A DNA stretch of 64,000 nt. Origin: a virus (lineage: Duplodnaviria; Heunggongvirae; Uroviricota; Caudoviricetes). Under the pieces are notes generated by a model. It did not search any database. It was not told the origin of the DNA and was given only the letters and a program-made list of their open reading frames with translations. Below are positions 41,654 through 51,706 of the stretch, in pieces. The DNA is taken from IMG/VR virus record IMGVR_UViG_3300013954_000001, positions 1 through 64,000 of that record; one strand, written 5' to 3'. Numbering within the stretch: position 1 is the first letter of the stretch; every line of letters starts with the position of its first letter. Made by a program: the position numbers and the translations under genes.

Positions 41654-42969
41654 TGCCAGCAATTATCACAAACGCGTTGCGCGTGTTGAACGCCGATATG
41701 TTCGCTAAGAACATTTCGGCACAGCCTACGTTCTTGTTCATCGGAAAAGAAACAGCCTGGGCCGACGAAGAGTTTCCTGAACTGCTTCTTGAGACCGACG
41801 CCGAAAAGATTCAAATTTTCAAAGACATGTTGGCCGTCAAACGAGTACAGCCGAATAACGTCAACTCAGTGATTCCGCGAATCAATTGGGCTTCGGGCAT
41901 GGTTTATGATCAATACGATCATCGAATTAACATGGTTGACGCTCGCAAGTCTAACGGTAGCAAGTATCAATACTATGTGCTGACTGACGAATTCAACGTG
42001 TATAAGTGTCTGTCTAACAACGGCGGCGCAGTTTCGACTAGCAAGCCGACTAGCCAACAGATCACCGACTTCCAAACTCCTGACGGATACGTATGGAAGT
42101 ACATGTACACTATCCGCAGTGCTGACGTGTTCAACTACATGACAGAAGACTGGATTCCAGTCTACACTGTACCCGCCAACGACGGAAGTAGCCAATGGCA
42201 AGTTCAGCGGTCGGCAGTAGACGGCGCCATTCACAACGTCGTCGTAGAAATCCCCGGCGCCGGCTACAACCCTAGCAATCCACCTGTTCTGACTATTAGC
42301 GGCGACGGCAGCGGGGCTTCGGCAGTTGTAGAGGTCGATCCTGCGACAGGCGCAATCAAACGCGTACGTGTAACTGATCAAGGCCAAGGTTATACGCAAG
42401 CGACTGTGACTATGACTAACGTAGGCTCTGGTGCCGGTGCTAAACTTGTACCTATCATTGCACCTGCCGGCGGACACGGAAAAGACGCGCGACAAGAGCT
42501 AGGCGCAGTGTTCAAAATGATCAAATTGTCGCTGGCAGGTACAGAAGGTGGCACATTCCCGGCAACTTCTTTCCGCCGTGCCGGCCTCATTTCTATGCCG
42601 CTAAGCACCGATATCGGCACAGTCATTACAGTAGAGAACACTAACGGCTTCAACAACGGCGACCAAATTGTTGGTAGTGCAACTGGCGCAGTAGGTGTCG
42701 TTCGGCTAGTAGACACTAATGGTAGAGTGCTGTGGGTAGATTCTGTCGTAGGTGAGTTCATACAATCAGAGAACGTGTCAAATGAAGCTGGCGTCGAGCA
42801 AAACATTCAGTCAGTAGAGAATGGCGTGAACATTGTATTGACCGACGCCGTAGCTCCTGCGTCTAAGCTGATTCCTAAAACAGGCGAGTTCTTGTATGTG
42901 TCAAACCGTGAAGTGATTAACCGCACAGACTCTCAAACTCAAGACGTGCGATTCATTTTGCAGTTCTAA
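41650..42969 (+). CDS. Virion structural protein (439 aa), co-transcribed with cassette 2
   Basis: Coupled to the upstream stop and oriented with the late genes. No diagnostic motif was found. Confidence 0.45.
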   Translation: MMPAIITNALRVLNADMFAKNISAQPTFLFIGKETAWADEEFPELLLETDAEKIQIFKDMLAVKRVQPNNVNSVIPRINWASGMVYDQYDHRINMVDARKSNGSKYQYYVLTDEFNVYKCLSNNGGAVSTSKPTSQQITDFQTPDGYVWKYMYTIRSADVFNYMTEDWIPVYTVPANDGSSQWQVQRSAVDGAIHNVVVEIPGAGYNPSNPPVLTISGDGSGASAVVEVDPATGAIKRVRVTDQGQGYTQATVTMTNVGSGAGAKLVPIIAPAGGHGKDARQELGAVFKMIKLSLAGTEGGTFPATSFRRAGLISMPLSTDIGTVITVENTNGFNNGDQIVGSATGAVGVVRLVDTNGRVLWVDSVVGEFIQSENVSNEAGVEQNIQSVENGVNIVLTDAVAPASKLIPKTGEFLYVSNREVINRTDSQTQDVRFILQF

Positions 42970-43011
42970 TAAATACATTTTACCGACTAGCAGTCAAAGA
43001 GAACATATAAA

Positions 43012-46000
43012 ATGGTTGACACTTCAATTGCGCCGTACTTCGACGACTTCGACGAGAAAAAGAACTTCGCCAAGATTCTTTTCAATCCTCGTCGCGCCGT
43101 ACAAGTACGCGAGCTTAACCAAATTCAAACGATGCTGCAATCGCAGATCGAACGATTCGGACGCCACGTATTCGACAATGGGTCGCTCGTTATTCCCGGC
43201 GAAGTCAACTACGACTTGAACTACGAATATGTTAGCGTCGTCAATCTGTCGTATGCAGACGTCGTCGGTATTCTAGAGACTAACGCAGTCACTATCACAG
43301 GCGTTCAGTCTGGTGTAGTAGCAGACGTAGTTCAACACGTCGGTAACACTGCTAGCGATCCGGTGACTTTCTACATCCAATACAAGTCAGGTAACGAAAG
43401 TGATTCGTCGCGATTCGTTGACGGCGAAGGGCTGCGATTCACTACGGCGACCGGGACCGAGTTTGCGGCTGCCACTGCTCTGACTACTGGACAAGGCTCT
43501 GTGCTGACTGTTAGTGCTGGCATCTTCTACTTGAACGGTAGTTTCATTCGTACTGAAGATTCGCGTGCCGTACTCAGCAAGTATTCGAATCGTCCTTCGG
43601 TTAGTGCAGGTTTCCGCCTACACGAAGACGTTGTGACTTGGACATCTGATGAATCTCTGTTAGACAACTCTGCCGGCACGACCAATTACACTGCTATTGG
43701 TGCCGACCGCCTTCGCCAACGCTTAGTACTTGAAGTGCATGAAGACGGTGCGGCATTCGACGCAGAGAACTACATTGAGGTCGTAAAGTTCATCGACGGT
43801 GTACTCCAGCGCAAAGTCAAAACTAGTGCATACAACGTTCTAGAAGACACTTTGGCGCGTCGCACATACGACGAATCCGGTGACTACACGGTGAAGCCTT
43901 TCAACATCCATATCATGGAACATTTGAAAGATGGCTCTAACCGCGGTCTCTATGAAGCGCCTGAAGGTGACGAATCTAAATTCGTTATCGGCGTAGAACC
44001 TGGTAAAGCCTATGTCCGCGGCTATGAAGTCGAGAACTTGGCGACTCGATACGTAGAAAACGACAAAGCCCGCGCAACCGGATTTCAGAACAACGCGGCG
44101 TTCAGCATGCCGGTAGGTAACTACATTATCGTCGGCAACGCAAACATTCTGCCGCGAAGTGATGCTTTCCAGCGAATCACATTTTACTCTGGCGTACCTT
44201 CTACGGCAGGTGCCATCCCTGCCGGTACCGTTCTAGGTACAGCTCGCGTTCGAACTGTGCGTCGGGCCGGAACTAAGCTACACATCTATCTGTTCGATGT
44301 TCGAAACGCTGCCGGGAAGACTGATTCGTCATTCGTCACTACTGCAAAATCTGTGTACTCTGCGGGTTCAACGGCTTTCACAGCAAATGTCGAGTCTGAA
44401 CTAATCGACTCTATTAACCATGGTTTAGTATTCGCTCTACCATTCAACAACGTTAAGACGCTTTTGAATTCAGGAGTTTCTGACACGACATTCAACGTAC
44501 TTCGGCAGTACACTGCTGTAGCAGACGCCAACGGCGTTGTCACGTTGACAGCTGGCTCTACAGAAGTGTTTGCTACGCCTTCGGCTGCTAGCGTGGCTTC
44601 GTACACTGCAAGCGGCACGTCTGTGACACGCGAAATCGCCAGCATCGCGTCGTTGAGCGGCGTTCCTGTGGGTAAGTCTCTAGTCATCAACTTAGGAGCT
44701 GCGGTGGCGTCTGCTACTGTTACTGCCGTCGTAGAAGTTGTCAAACAAACAGCAGTACAGAAGATTAAAACCTTGAATACTGCTACCGTGACGTTGAGCG
44801 CCGCAGAGTTTGTTAACGGTCGATTCAACCTAGGTAAAGCAGATGTTCAGCGCGTCAAGTCTATCGTTTCTAATGGCGTTAACAAGACGTCTAAGTACCG
44901 GCTAGTCAAGAACGTTAACAAAGAGTTCTACGGTCTGTCATACGTCGAGCTAAATCCGGGAGAAGCCACACCTAACGCGTCTGTTACGATTGAATTTGAA
45001 TACTTCGTACATAGTAACGGCGACTTCTTCAGTGTCGACTCTTACACTAGCATTGACTATGGCGACATTCCAGAAGAGACAATCGACGGTGTCAAGATTT
45101 CGTTGAGCGATGTCATCGACTTCCGCCCTTGTATCAACTCTACAGGTGACGGATATTCTGGCGCAGGTTCATCTTTCACTGAGGTTCCAACGCCTTACTC
45201 TATCTTGCGTTGCGACGTAGAACACTACTTGCCACGAATCGACAAGTTGTATGTGAGTGCAGACGGTAAGTTCGGTATTGCTAAAGGCGTGCCTAGCTTG
45301 ACTCCTGCTGAACCTAAATCTCCTGACAACGCCATGGTGATCTATAACATCTTCGTACCTGCATATACGAAGTCTGCGTCGGACGTCCAGTCGTCATTCA
45401 TCAATAACCGCCGTTATACAATGCGAGACATCGGCAAGCTTGAAGATCGTATCGCCAATGTCGAGTACTACACCACACTGTCGCTGTTAGAAACTGAAGC
45501 TAACGCCATGCAAATCGTAGATGACGCCACCGGTTTGAATCGTTTCAAGAATGGCTTTGTAACTGACGCATTCAAAAACTACAGCGTAGGCGCGGCAACG
45601 CTAAGTGATTTCCAGTGCGCTATTGCTGGCGGCATCATGCGGCCTCAGTTCGGAACTGACTTCGTAGACTTAGAGCTAAATGCTAACTACTCGTCTGGCG
45701 TCCAACGAACTGGCTCGTTAGTGACTCTACCGTATACTGAAGTAAAGTTCTTGAGTCAAGAACTGGCCTCAGACGTTCTCAACGTCAACCCTTACGCTGT
45801 GTATCGCTGGAACGGTACGCTGTCGCTGACTCCGAACACTGATGTTTGGTTCGAGAACCAAATTGTGTCGTCGTCTAGTGCTAGTCAGACGGTCGGTAAC
45901 TGGGTAGATGAAACTCCTACGGTTACGTTCACTCGTTTCTTAGGCGATCAAGCATTCACGTCGACCGATTTCAACTCGCACGTGTTGGCGCACGACCGAG

Positions 46001-47931
46001 TAGGTCAAGCTACAACAACAGTCACACAGAACGTAGCACGTACTCAAACTAGCGTGAGTACTTACCTAGTAGGCACTCAAGACATTCCGTTTATGCGGAC
46101 TCGCGAAGTCAAGTTCGTCGGTAAAGGTCTAATGCCTTACAGTCGTGCATATGCGTTCTTCGACAACGTCAACGTGAGCGCACATTGTCGCCAAGAAGGA
46201 AAGACATATGGTGCGCCTATGTTCGTCGACGAAAAGGGTAACATCGAGGGCGTGTTCCGTATCCCAAACAACAGCGACATGCGATTCCGTACTGGTACTA
46301 AACAGTTTACGCTAATCGATGACCTCGAAAACGAGCGTGAAACGTCGTTGTCGTACGCCGGAACTAACTACACGGCTCAGGGTACACTTAACCTGATGGG
46401 TCAAAACGTTGTTACCACTACCATCGTCGAGCAAGTTACACAAGAAAGCGTAGTACCTTGGGACCCTCTGGCTCAGTCGTTCTTCGTCGAAAAATCTGGT
46501 GGTGTATTTGTAACTAGCCTAGAACTGTTCTTCAAAACAAAGGACAAATCTCTACCGGTTAGTGTTCAGATTCGAGACATGCAGGCGGGTGTACCGGGTA
46601 AGAACATCATCCCGTACAGCACAGTGACGCTAGAGCCTGATCAAGTAAACGTATCAGAAACAGGTACTGTAGCCACTAAGTTTGTGTTCGACAGCCCTGT
46701 TTACTTGAATGACGGCGCTGAGTACTGTTTCGTTGTAATGAGCAACAGCAACAACTACACGGCGTTCATTGCGACTATGGGTCGACCTGCGCTAAACACT
46801 AAGACGGCGATTGCTAAGCAGCCTGCCATCGGCGTGCTGTTCAAGTCGCAAAATAACTCTACTTGGACTGAAGATCAGATGTCTGATATGAAGTTCCGGT
46901 TGAACGCCGCAAAGTTCCAAGTTGACACTATCGGTAAAGCGGGTCTAGCCGCTAAATCTCCTGCCGCAGTCAAACTTGTGGCCAACAGCCTTCGCGCTAC
47001 TGCAGGAAGCGATCTTATTAAAGTAGTCGTTCCGAATCACAACTTCTTTGAAGGTTCGCGATTCTCTATTACAGGCGTGGACTTAGCTCCAGGCATCAGT
47101 CTGTCAGACTTGAATAGAGTCCATGTAGTCCAGGCCGTAAACGGGCCTGATGAAGTTACTATTCGCGTGGCCAATGCTGCAAATGAAACTGGAAGCTTCG
47201 GTGGAGCAAATGTTGTTGTAGAACGTAACGCAGGTATCAACCTAATGCGACCAACAGTTCAACAATTGATCTTCGATCAAACTAACGTTGAATGGAAGTA
47301 TGAAGGTACTACCGGTAAATCGCTGAGCGGTAACGAAACTCCGTATTTGAAGACTGCCGAAGCTAGCGTCACTGTCAACGCCAACAACGCCGTTAGCGTT
47401 CCGCACGTCATCCCTTGCAGCAGCGACGTAGAGGGGCGTTTCACTAGACCGGCAGCGCTACTCAACGGCTATATGGTTACGTTTGTCGACAACTTGTCGC
47501 CTGTAATCGACTTGAACCGTGTAGGAATTATGACAGTCGCCAACCGCATAAATAGTCCAGCGTCGCTGAACGAAACGGCGGCAAACGGCGGCAACGCAGT
47601 TGCTAGGTACATGACGAAAGTGGTAGGACTGAAGAATGCCGCAGAGTCTTTGAAGATGTTTATTGACGCCAACAAGCCTGTAGGTGCCGATATCAAAGTC
47701 TTCTTCCGAACTGGTAATACTGAGCAAGAAGTGAACGAAAACGTGTGGTCTGAAATGAATGCTAGAGTATCGGCTACTTCACCCGACATGTTCACATTCA
47801 CTGAGTTTGAATTTAGCAAAGACGGTCTAGCTCTGTTCAGCTTCTACCAGTTCAAAATTGTAATGACGTCTACGTCTTCTAGCAATGTACCGCAACTTAT
47901 GCGTCTTCGCGGCATCGCATTGGGGACATGA
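43012..47931 (+). CDS. Giant virion structural protein (1639 aa) with a DUF4815-like N-terminus; candidate baseplate/tail-fibre protein
   Basis: The N-terminal YFDDFDEKKNFAKILFNPRRAVQVRELNQIQ motif recurs in large phage tail proteins. An AATAAATA late-like box lies upstream. The gene sits where T4 carries gp9-12. Confidence 0.65.
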   Translation: MVDTSIAPYFDDFDEKKNFAKILFNPRRAVQVRELNQIQTMLQSQIERFGRHVFDNGSLVIPGEVNYDLNYEYVSVVNLSYADVVGILETNAVTITGVQSGVVADVVQHVGNTASDPVTFYIQYKSGNESDSSRFVDGEGLRFTTATGTEFAAATALTTGQGSVLTVSAGIFYLNGSFIRTEDSRAVLSKYSNRPSVSAGFRLHEDVVTWTSDESLLDNSAGTTNYTAIGADRLRQRLVLEVHEDGAAFDAENYIEVVKFIDGVLQRKVKTSAYNVLEDTLARRTYDESGDYTVKPFNIHIMEHLKDGSNRGLYEAPEGDESKFVIGVEPGKAYVRGYEVENLATRYVENDKARATGFQNNAAFSMPVGNYIIVGNANILPRSDAFQRITFYSGVPSTAGAIPAGTVLGTARVRTVRRAGTKLHIYLFDVRNAAGKTDSSFVTTAKSVYSAGSTAFTANVESELIDSINHGLVFALPFNNVKTLLNSGVSDTTFNVLRQYTAVADANGVVTLTAGSTEVFATPSAASVASYTASGTSVTREIASIASLSGVPVGKSLVINLGAAVASATVTAVVEVVKQTAVQKIKTLNTATVTLSAAEFVNGRFNLGKADVQRVKSIVSNGVNKTSKYRLVKNVNKEFYGLSYVELNPGEATPNASVTIEFEYFVHSNGDFFSVDSYTSIDYGDIPEETIDGVKISLSDVIDFRPCINSTGDGYSGAGSSFTEVPTPYSILRCDVEHYLPRIDKLYVSADGKFGIAKGVPSLTPAEPKSPDNAMVIYNIFVPAYTKSASDVQSSFINNRRYTMRDIGKLEDRIANVEYYTTLSLLETEANAMQIVDDATGLNRFKNGFVTDAFKNYSVGAATLSDFQCAIAGGIMRPQFGTDFVDLELNANYSSGVQRTGSLVTLPYTEVKFLSQELASDVLNVNPYAVYRWNGTLSLTPNTDVWFENQIVSSSSASQTVGNWVDETPTVTFTRFLGDQAFTSTDFNSHVLAHDRVGQATTTVTQNVARTQTSVSTYLVGTQDIPFMRTREVKFVGKGLMPYSRAYAFFDNVNVSAHCRQEGKTYGAPMFVDEKGNIEGVFRIPNNSDMRFRTGTKQFTLIDDLENERETSLSYAGTNYTAQGTLNLMGQNVVTTTIVEQVTQESVVPWDPLAQSFFVEKSGGVFVTSLELFFKTKDKSLPVSVQIRDMQAGVPGKNIIPYSTVTLEPDQVNVSETGTVATKFVFDSPVYLNDGAEYCFVVMSNSNNYTAFIATMGRPALNTKTAIAKQPAIGVLFKSQNNSTWTEDQMSDMKFRLNAAKFQVDTIGKAGLAAKSPAAVKLVANSLRATAGSDLIKVVVPNHNFFEGSRFSITGVDLAPGISLSDLNRVHVVQAVNGPDEVTIRVANAANETGSFGGANVVVERNAGINLMRPTVQQLIFDQTNVEWKYEGTTGKSLSGNETPYLKTAEASVTVNANNAVSVPHVIPCSSDVEGRFTRPAALLNGYMVTFVDNLSPVIDLNRVGIMTVANRINSPASLNETAANGGNAVARYMTKVVGLKNAAESLKMFIDANKPVGADIKVFFRTGNTEQEVNENVWSEMNARVSATSPDMFTFTEFEFSKDGLALFSFYQFKIVMTSTSSSNVPQLMRLRGIALGT

Positions 47932-47932
47932 T

Positions 47933-48142
47933 ATGGAACTGTACAAAGTTGAAGGACACGCCGGCATTCAGAAGGATGTGAATACTGGCGCAGTCTTAAA
48001 TACTGATAGAGAAGCTTTGTTGGCGGCTAGACGCCGCCGCGAAGCGATTATCGCAGAGCGTAGCAAAGTCAAGTCTCTAGAAGAAAAGGTTGAGACTCTT
48101 GAACGCCTGTTGAACGAACTACTTGAACGAGGAACGGAATAA
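47933..48142 (+). CDS. Small coiled-coil protein (69 aa)
   Basis: MELYKVEGHAG...LEEKVETLERLLNELLERGTE. An ATGATATG arrangement couples it to the giant gene's stop. Confidence 0.4.
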   Translation: MELYKVEGHAGIQKDVNTGAVLNTDREALLAARRRREAIIAERSKVKSLEEKVETLERLLNELLERGTE

Positions 48143-48729
48143 TGATCGAACATCTTAATAAGAACGACACGTTCAAGGACTGGCAACGCAAAATCAACCT
48201 GATGGTTGACAGTGTAGAACAAGCAGGTCTAGACGTCGATCAGATTCGTGAAGACGTCCAAGATTTCGTTAGCAAAGGCGCGTTCGCATACGACAGCGGA
48301 AGGTCTGCTGGGTTGAACGCATTTATTATCGGCGGCAGTATTCGAGACGGCTCACAAGTCGAAAAAATCGCAGACGCGTCAGTAACATTGACAGCATCTA
48401 GTACCAACGTCGCGTGCATTTTCAAGCGTACGGGATCGCCTGCGTATTTGACAGTATATACGTTAAACAACTTACCCAATGAATTTGTCATTCCTGTTGC
48501 CAAGTTTGTGTGTGACGCGTCAAGCGTGACTGCGTACGAAGACCTGCGCACACAGTTCAACACGGCGTCAGGCTCTGCCGGCTCTGCGTCAGGCGTCTTA
48601 CAGTTTGACAAACTTATTGAACGCGACGTGTCTATTCCTGCGACGCGCAATGCTTTATCTATCGGACCTGAAGTGGCAGACGGCGTCACTGTAGTTGTAG
48701 GTGAGTCATCTACTTGGGTGGTGCTGTAA
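48142..48729 (+). CDS. Hypothetical structural protein (195 aa)
   Basis: Coupled at both ends (ATGA and TAATG), in the late operon before gp13. Confidence 0.45.
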   Translation: MIEHLNKNDTFKDWQRKINLMVDSVEQAGLDVDQIREDVQDFVSKGAFAYDSGRSAGLNAFIIGGSIRDGSQVEKIADASVTLTASSTNVACIFKRTGSPAYLTVYTLNNLPNEFVIPVAKFVCDASSVTAYEDLRTQFNTASGSAGSASGVLQFDKLIERDVSIPATRNALSIGPEVADGVTVVVGESSTWVVL

Positions 48730-49469
48730 TGGCGATCAACAACAGAGCAGAGTTTGCCGAGTACTGCCTACGCAAGCTCGGCAAGCCGGTCATTACGATC
48801 AACGTTGCACCCGAGCAAGTCGAAGACCGAATCGACGAAGCTGTCAAGGCGTGGCAAGAAAAGCACTACGACGGCACCGAACGCGAGTGGGTAGCGTACA
48901 CGATGACTGAGCAAGATGTTCTCAACGGCTACGTGACTGTACCTGATGATATCATCGTAGTCGACCAGATGATGCCGATGTCAACGCTTTACCGCGAAAA
49001 CGCTAGCGACAGTCTTTTCAGCTATCGCTACCAGTACTTCGTACAGAACATGTCGCCGTTCCAGCCGTTAGATATGTTGAACTACTACTTGACAATGACC
49101 AACTTGTCTGAAGTCAACGACATGGTAAATACGACTGAGCGCTTCGAGTTCGTAAGGCATAAGAACCGCCTGTCTGTCTTTCGTGGTACATGGACGGCAG
49201 GCGAAGTTCTTTGCTTCCACGTTTACCGCCAGATCAACCCCGACAACTCTCCTAAAGCATGGGGTGACAAATGGCTGCAACAGTATGCGACGGCGTTGAT
49301 CAAGCAAAACTGGGGGTCGAACATGAAGAAGCACGGCGAAATCCAGCTTCTAGGCGGCGTCACAGTTAACGGACAACAGATTTTCGACGAAGCCGTTACT
49401 GAGATTCAAGCCCTTGAAGAACAACTACAAGACACTTACCAAGAGCCCGTAGGATTTCAAGTAGGCTGA
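48729..49469 (+). CDS. Neck protein (T4 gp13-like)
   Basis: The C-terminus KWLQQYATALIKQNWGSNMKKHGEIQLLGGVTVNGQQIFDEA...VGFQVG parallels T4 gp13 RWVKDYATALAKELNGQ...MMLPGGVTIDGQRLIEEA...FGILVG. Confidence 0.65.
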   Translation: MAINNRAEFAEYCLRKLGKPVITINVAPEQVEDRIDEAVKAWQEKHYDGTEREWVAYTMTEQDVLNGYVTVPDDIIVVDQMMPMSTLYRENASDSLFSYRYQYFVQNMSPFQPLDMLNYYLTMTNLSEVNDMVNTTERFEFVRHKNRLSVFRGTWTAGEVLCFHVYRQINPDNSPKAWGDKWLQQYATALIKQNWGSNMKKHGEIQLLGGVTVNGQQIFDEAVTEIQALEEQLQDTYQEPVGFQVG

Positions 49470-49470
49470 A

Positions 49471-49770
49471 ATGAATGACCTCAACGAAAACAACATCGAC
49501 GACGCCATAGAGCAAGAGCGGTTTCGTCACGAACTCGAACGCGATAAGCGCAAATGGAACGTTCGCCGAAAAATGGCAATCGGTTCGTTCGGCGCTTTGC
49601 TGGCGTTCGGCATGTACTATTCGCTGATCGGCCTTTTCGTTACTGAAATTCAGGCGAAGCTTATGGCTGAGTTCAACAGCATCGTTGTCACAGTCATCGG
49701 CGCGCTGACGTCTTTGTTGCTTGGATACTATGGCACGTCTTACTTGTTCGACAAGGACAAGCTGAAATGA
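49471..49770 (+). CDS. Small membrane protein (99 aa)
   Basis: One TM region, AIGSFGALLAFGMYYSLIGLFV...VVTVIGALTSLLLGYYG. It ends at a terminator. Confidence 0.4.
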   Translation: MNDLNENNIDDAIEQERFRHELERDKRKWNVRRKMAIGSFGALLAFGMYYSLIGLFVTEIQAKLMAEFNSIVVTVIGALTSLLLGYYGTSYLFDKDKLK

Positions 49771-49800
49771 AAGAAGCCGTCGTTAGACGGCTTTCTTTTT
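49770..49800. terminator. Bidirectional rho-independent terminator (AAGAAGCCGTC-gtta-GACGGCTTTCTTTTT)
   Basis: A GC stem with a T-run, between convergent ORFs. Confidence 0.65.
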
Positions 49801-50022
49801 GATCAACAGTTCTAGCATCGACTCCATGTTGCCGGCGTGAACTTTCACAAGGTCGGCGATTTCGGTTTCGCCGACAGATCGATATGCCGACTCTTGTTGA
49901 CGCAAAGCCAATATCGTAGTCGCCAGTTGATTGTACGCTTGGTGAGGCAAGAAGCAATATTCGACTTCGCCGCGACTTGCGAGAACAACGGCGCCAGTTT
50001 CTTCGTTGACTTTGATTGTCAT
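49783..50022 (-). CDS. Hypothetical protein (79 aa)
   Basis: Start MTIKVNEETG lies behind a GGAGCT RBS. The ORF track's longer N-terminus lacks an RBS. Confidence 0.35.
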   Translation of the reverse strand: MTIKVNEETGAVVLASRGEVEYCFLPHQAYNQLATTILALRQQESAYRSVGETEIADLVKVHAGNMESMLELLIKKKAV

Positions 50023-50125
50023 GGCTTCAGCTCCACGATGATGTAGTTGTCGTAGTCGCCCCAATCGAGGCCGTCGTACGTCAGACAGCGAGTATGAATC
50101 AGTTCGCCAGAAATCTCTAGCTTGC

Positions 50126-50272
50126 TTATATCAACGTCTTGACCCCCACTTTTCGCGAGCCTTTTCGATGACGCGGCTAAGCGGATGGCGACCTAAAAGG
50201 TACATTTCTGTGTCTGTGTCATCTGGTGTGTAGTCTTTGATAAGACCGCCATTTCTGTATGAATATCCCATG
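50126..50272 (-). CDS. Hypothetical small protein (48 aa)
   Basis: MGYSYRNGGLIKDYTPDD... lies behind an AAGAGCGAGATAGAAC purine-rich RBS. Confidence 0.25.
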
Positions 50273-50390
50273 TTCTATCTCGCTCTTCACTGAATTCGCC
50301 TTCATTTTGACGGCTTTCGCAGCCGTTGTCAACCATCTGATCGCACGCCGTTCTAAATAGAGAAAGACTATAGAATCCGGATAACCGATT

Positions 50391-51020
50391 ATGGCCACCA
50401 ATCAGTACTTCAACAGCTATGCGGCGCCGAACGAACAATCGTTGACTAACGACCTGATCGTCGAAGCAATTCAGGCTAAAGGCGTTGACGTCAAATACAT
50501 GCCGCGAACGCACAACAACTTCGACTTCTTGTATGGCGAAGACCCGACGTCGTCGTTTAACAGTTGCGTAGCCATTGAAATGTACCCGGCTGAAGTAAAC
50601 GGCTTTGGTGGCCAAGGCGAACTCATGTCGAAGTTTGGCCTAGAAATCAAAGAAACCGCGACTTTCATCGTTAGCAAGTCACGGTTCAAAGAAGAGTTCC
50701 CCGATTTCATCAGGCCGCGCGAAGGCGACTTGATTTTCATGCCGTTCGCCAACTCTATTCTAGAAATCAAGTTCGTAGGCAACGAAAGCCCGTTCTTCCA
50801 ACAGGGTCAAGTATACGTCTGGGAACTCAAAGTAGAAACATTCGAGTTGAGTCAAGAGAATATTGCGACAGGCGACGCCGAAGTAGACGGCATCATTGCC
50901 GACATCTTCAACTTCGACGCGGCCACGCAAACAGAACCTTACGGCGACAACGCGCGTCTAGACGAAGAGTATGGGCCGCTGACAACTTTCGATCCTAACA
51001 ATCCGTTCGGAGTTGACTAA
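50391..51020 (+). CDS. Neck protein (T4 gp14-like)
   Basis: Sits in T4 order between gp13 and gp15. The N-terminus MATNQYF... and its size are compatible. Confidence 0.55.
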   Translation: MATNQYFNSYAAPNEQSLTNDLIVEAIQAKGVDVKYMPRTHNNFDFLYGEDPTSSFNSCVAIEMYPAEVNGFGGQGELMSKFGLEIKETATFIVSKSRFKEEFPDFIRPREGDLIFMPFANSILEIKFVGNESPFFQQGQVYVWELKVETFELSQENIATGDAEVDGIIADIFNFDAATQTEPYGDNARLDEEYGPLTTFDPNNPFGVD

Positions 51021-51706
51021 TGGCCATTCTTGAAAATCACTTCTATCACAGAACCATTGCGACGCTGACTGGAGTGTTCGGTACGATTTTCGATGAAATC
51101 AAGATCGTCCGAAAAGACGGCAAGACAGTTCTTGTGCCGATTGCATATGCCGTCAAGCAGCGGTACAACGTACGAAATACGCAGAACCCTGATCCGTTGA
51201 AGTCTAACGTCAAAATGCAGTTGCCGCGTATGAGTTACAAACTCACTGGCATGCGACGCGATCCTAGTCGAGCAACTTCTAAGTTTGCGCGAATCGTAGA
51301 CAAGTCAGTTGACAGGACACAGGCGTTGTCGCTCAACGCCCAACTTAATCGCGTCCCTTATACGTTCTCGTTCCAGTTGAATATCAAGACAAAGACAATC
51401 GACGACATGCTACAAGTCGTCGAACAGATCGTCGTCAACTTCAACACGCCACTAAGCGTTCTAGTCGACGACAACAAAGACGTACACCAAGACTCTGCAA
51501 TCATTATCAAACTTCTAGACACTGGCATCGAAGACATGTCAGAAGGCGGATTTGAAGACGAGCAAAGTTTTGAGACTGCGATGAACTTCGAGCTAGACGG
51601 TTGGCTTTACATGCCTACTACAGTCGCCAAAGTCATTAAGAAAGTTACTGTCAACGTGTTCGACGACGGCAGTAAAGAGCTACTTGAACAGGTGGTCGAA
51701 ACATGA
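51020..51706 (+). CDS. Tail sheath stabiliser/tail completion protein (T4 gp15-like)
   Basis: Sits in T4 order and is coupled to gp14 by an ATGA-type overlap. Confidence 0.55.
   Translation: MAILENHFYHRTIATLTGVFGTIFDEIKIVRKDGKTVLVPIAYAVKQRYNVRNTQNPDPLKSNVKMQLPRMSYKLTGMRRDPSRATSKFARIVDKSVDRTQALSLNAQLNRVPYTFSFQLNIKTKTIDDMLQVVEQIVVNFNTPLSVLVDDNKDVHQDSAIIIKLLDTGIEDMSEGGFEDEQSFETAMNFELDGWLYMPTTVAKVIKKVTVNVFDDGSKELLEQVVET

Noticed and set aside
29457-42969. Possibility that the two paralogous cassettes are substrates of a Gin/Hin-like invertible host-range switch
   Set aside because: The cassettes are direct, not inverted, repeats, they are about 40% diverged, and no recombinase or crossover sites are present.
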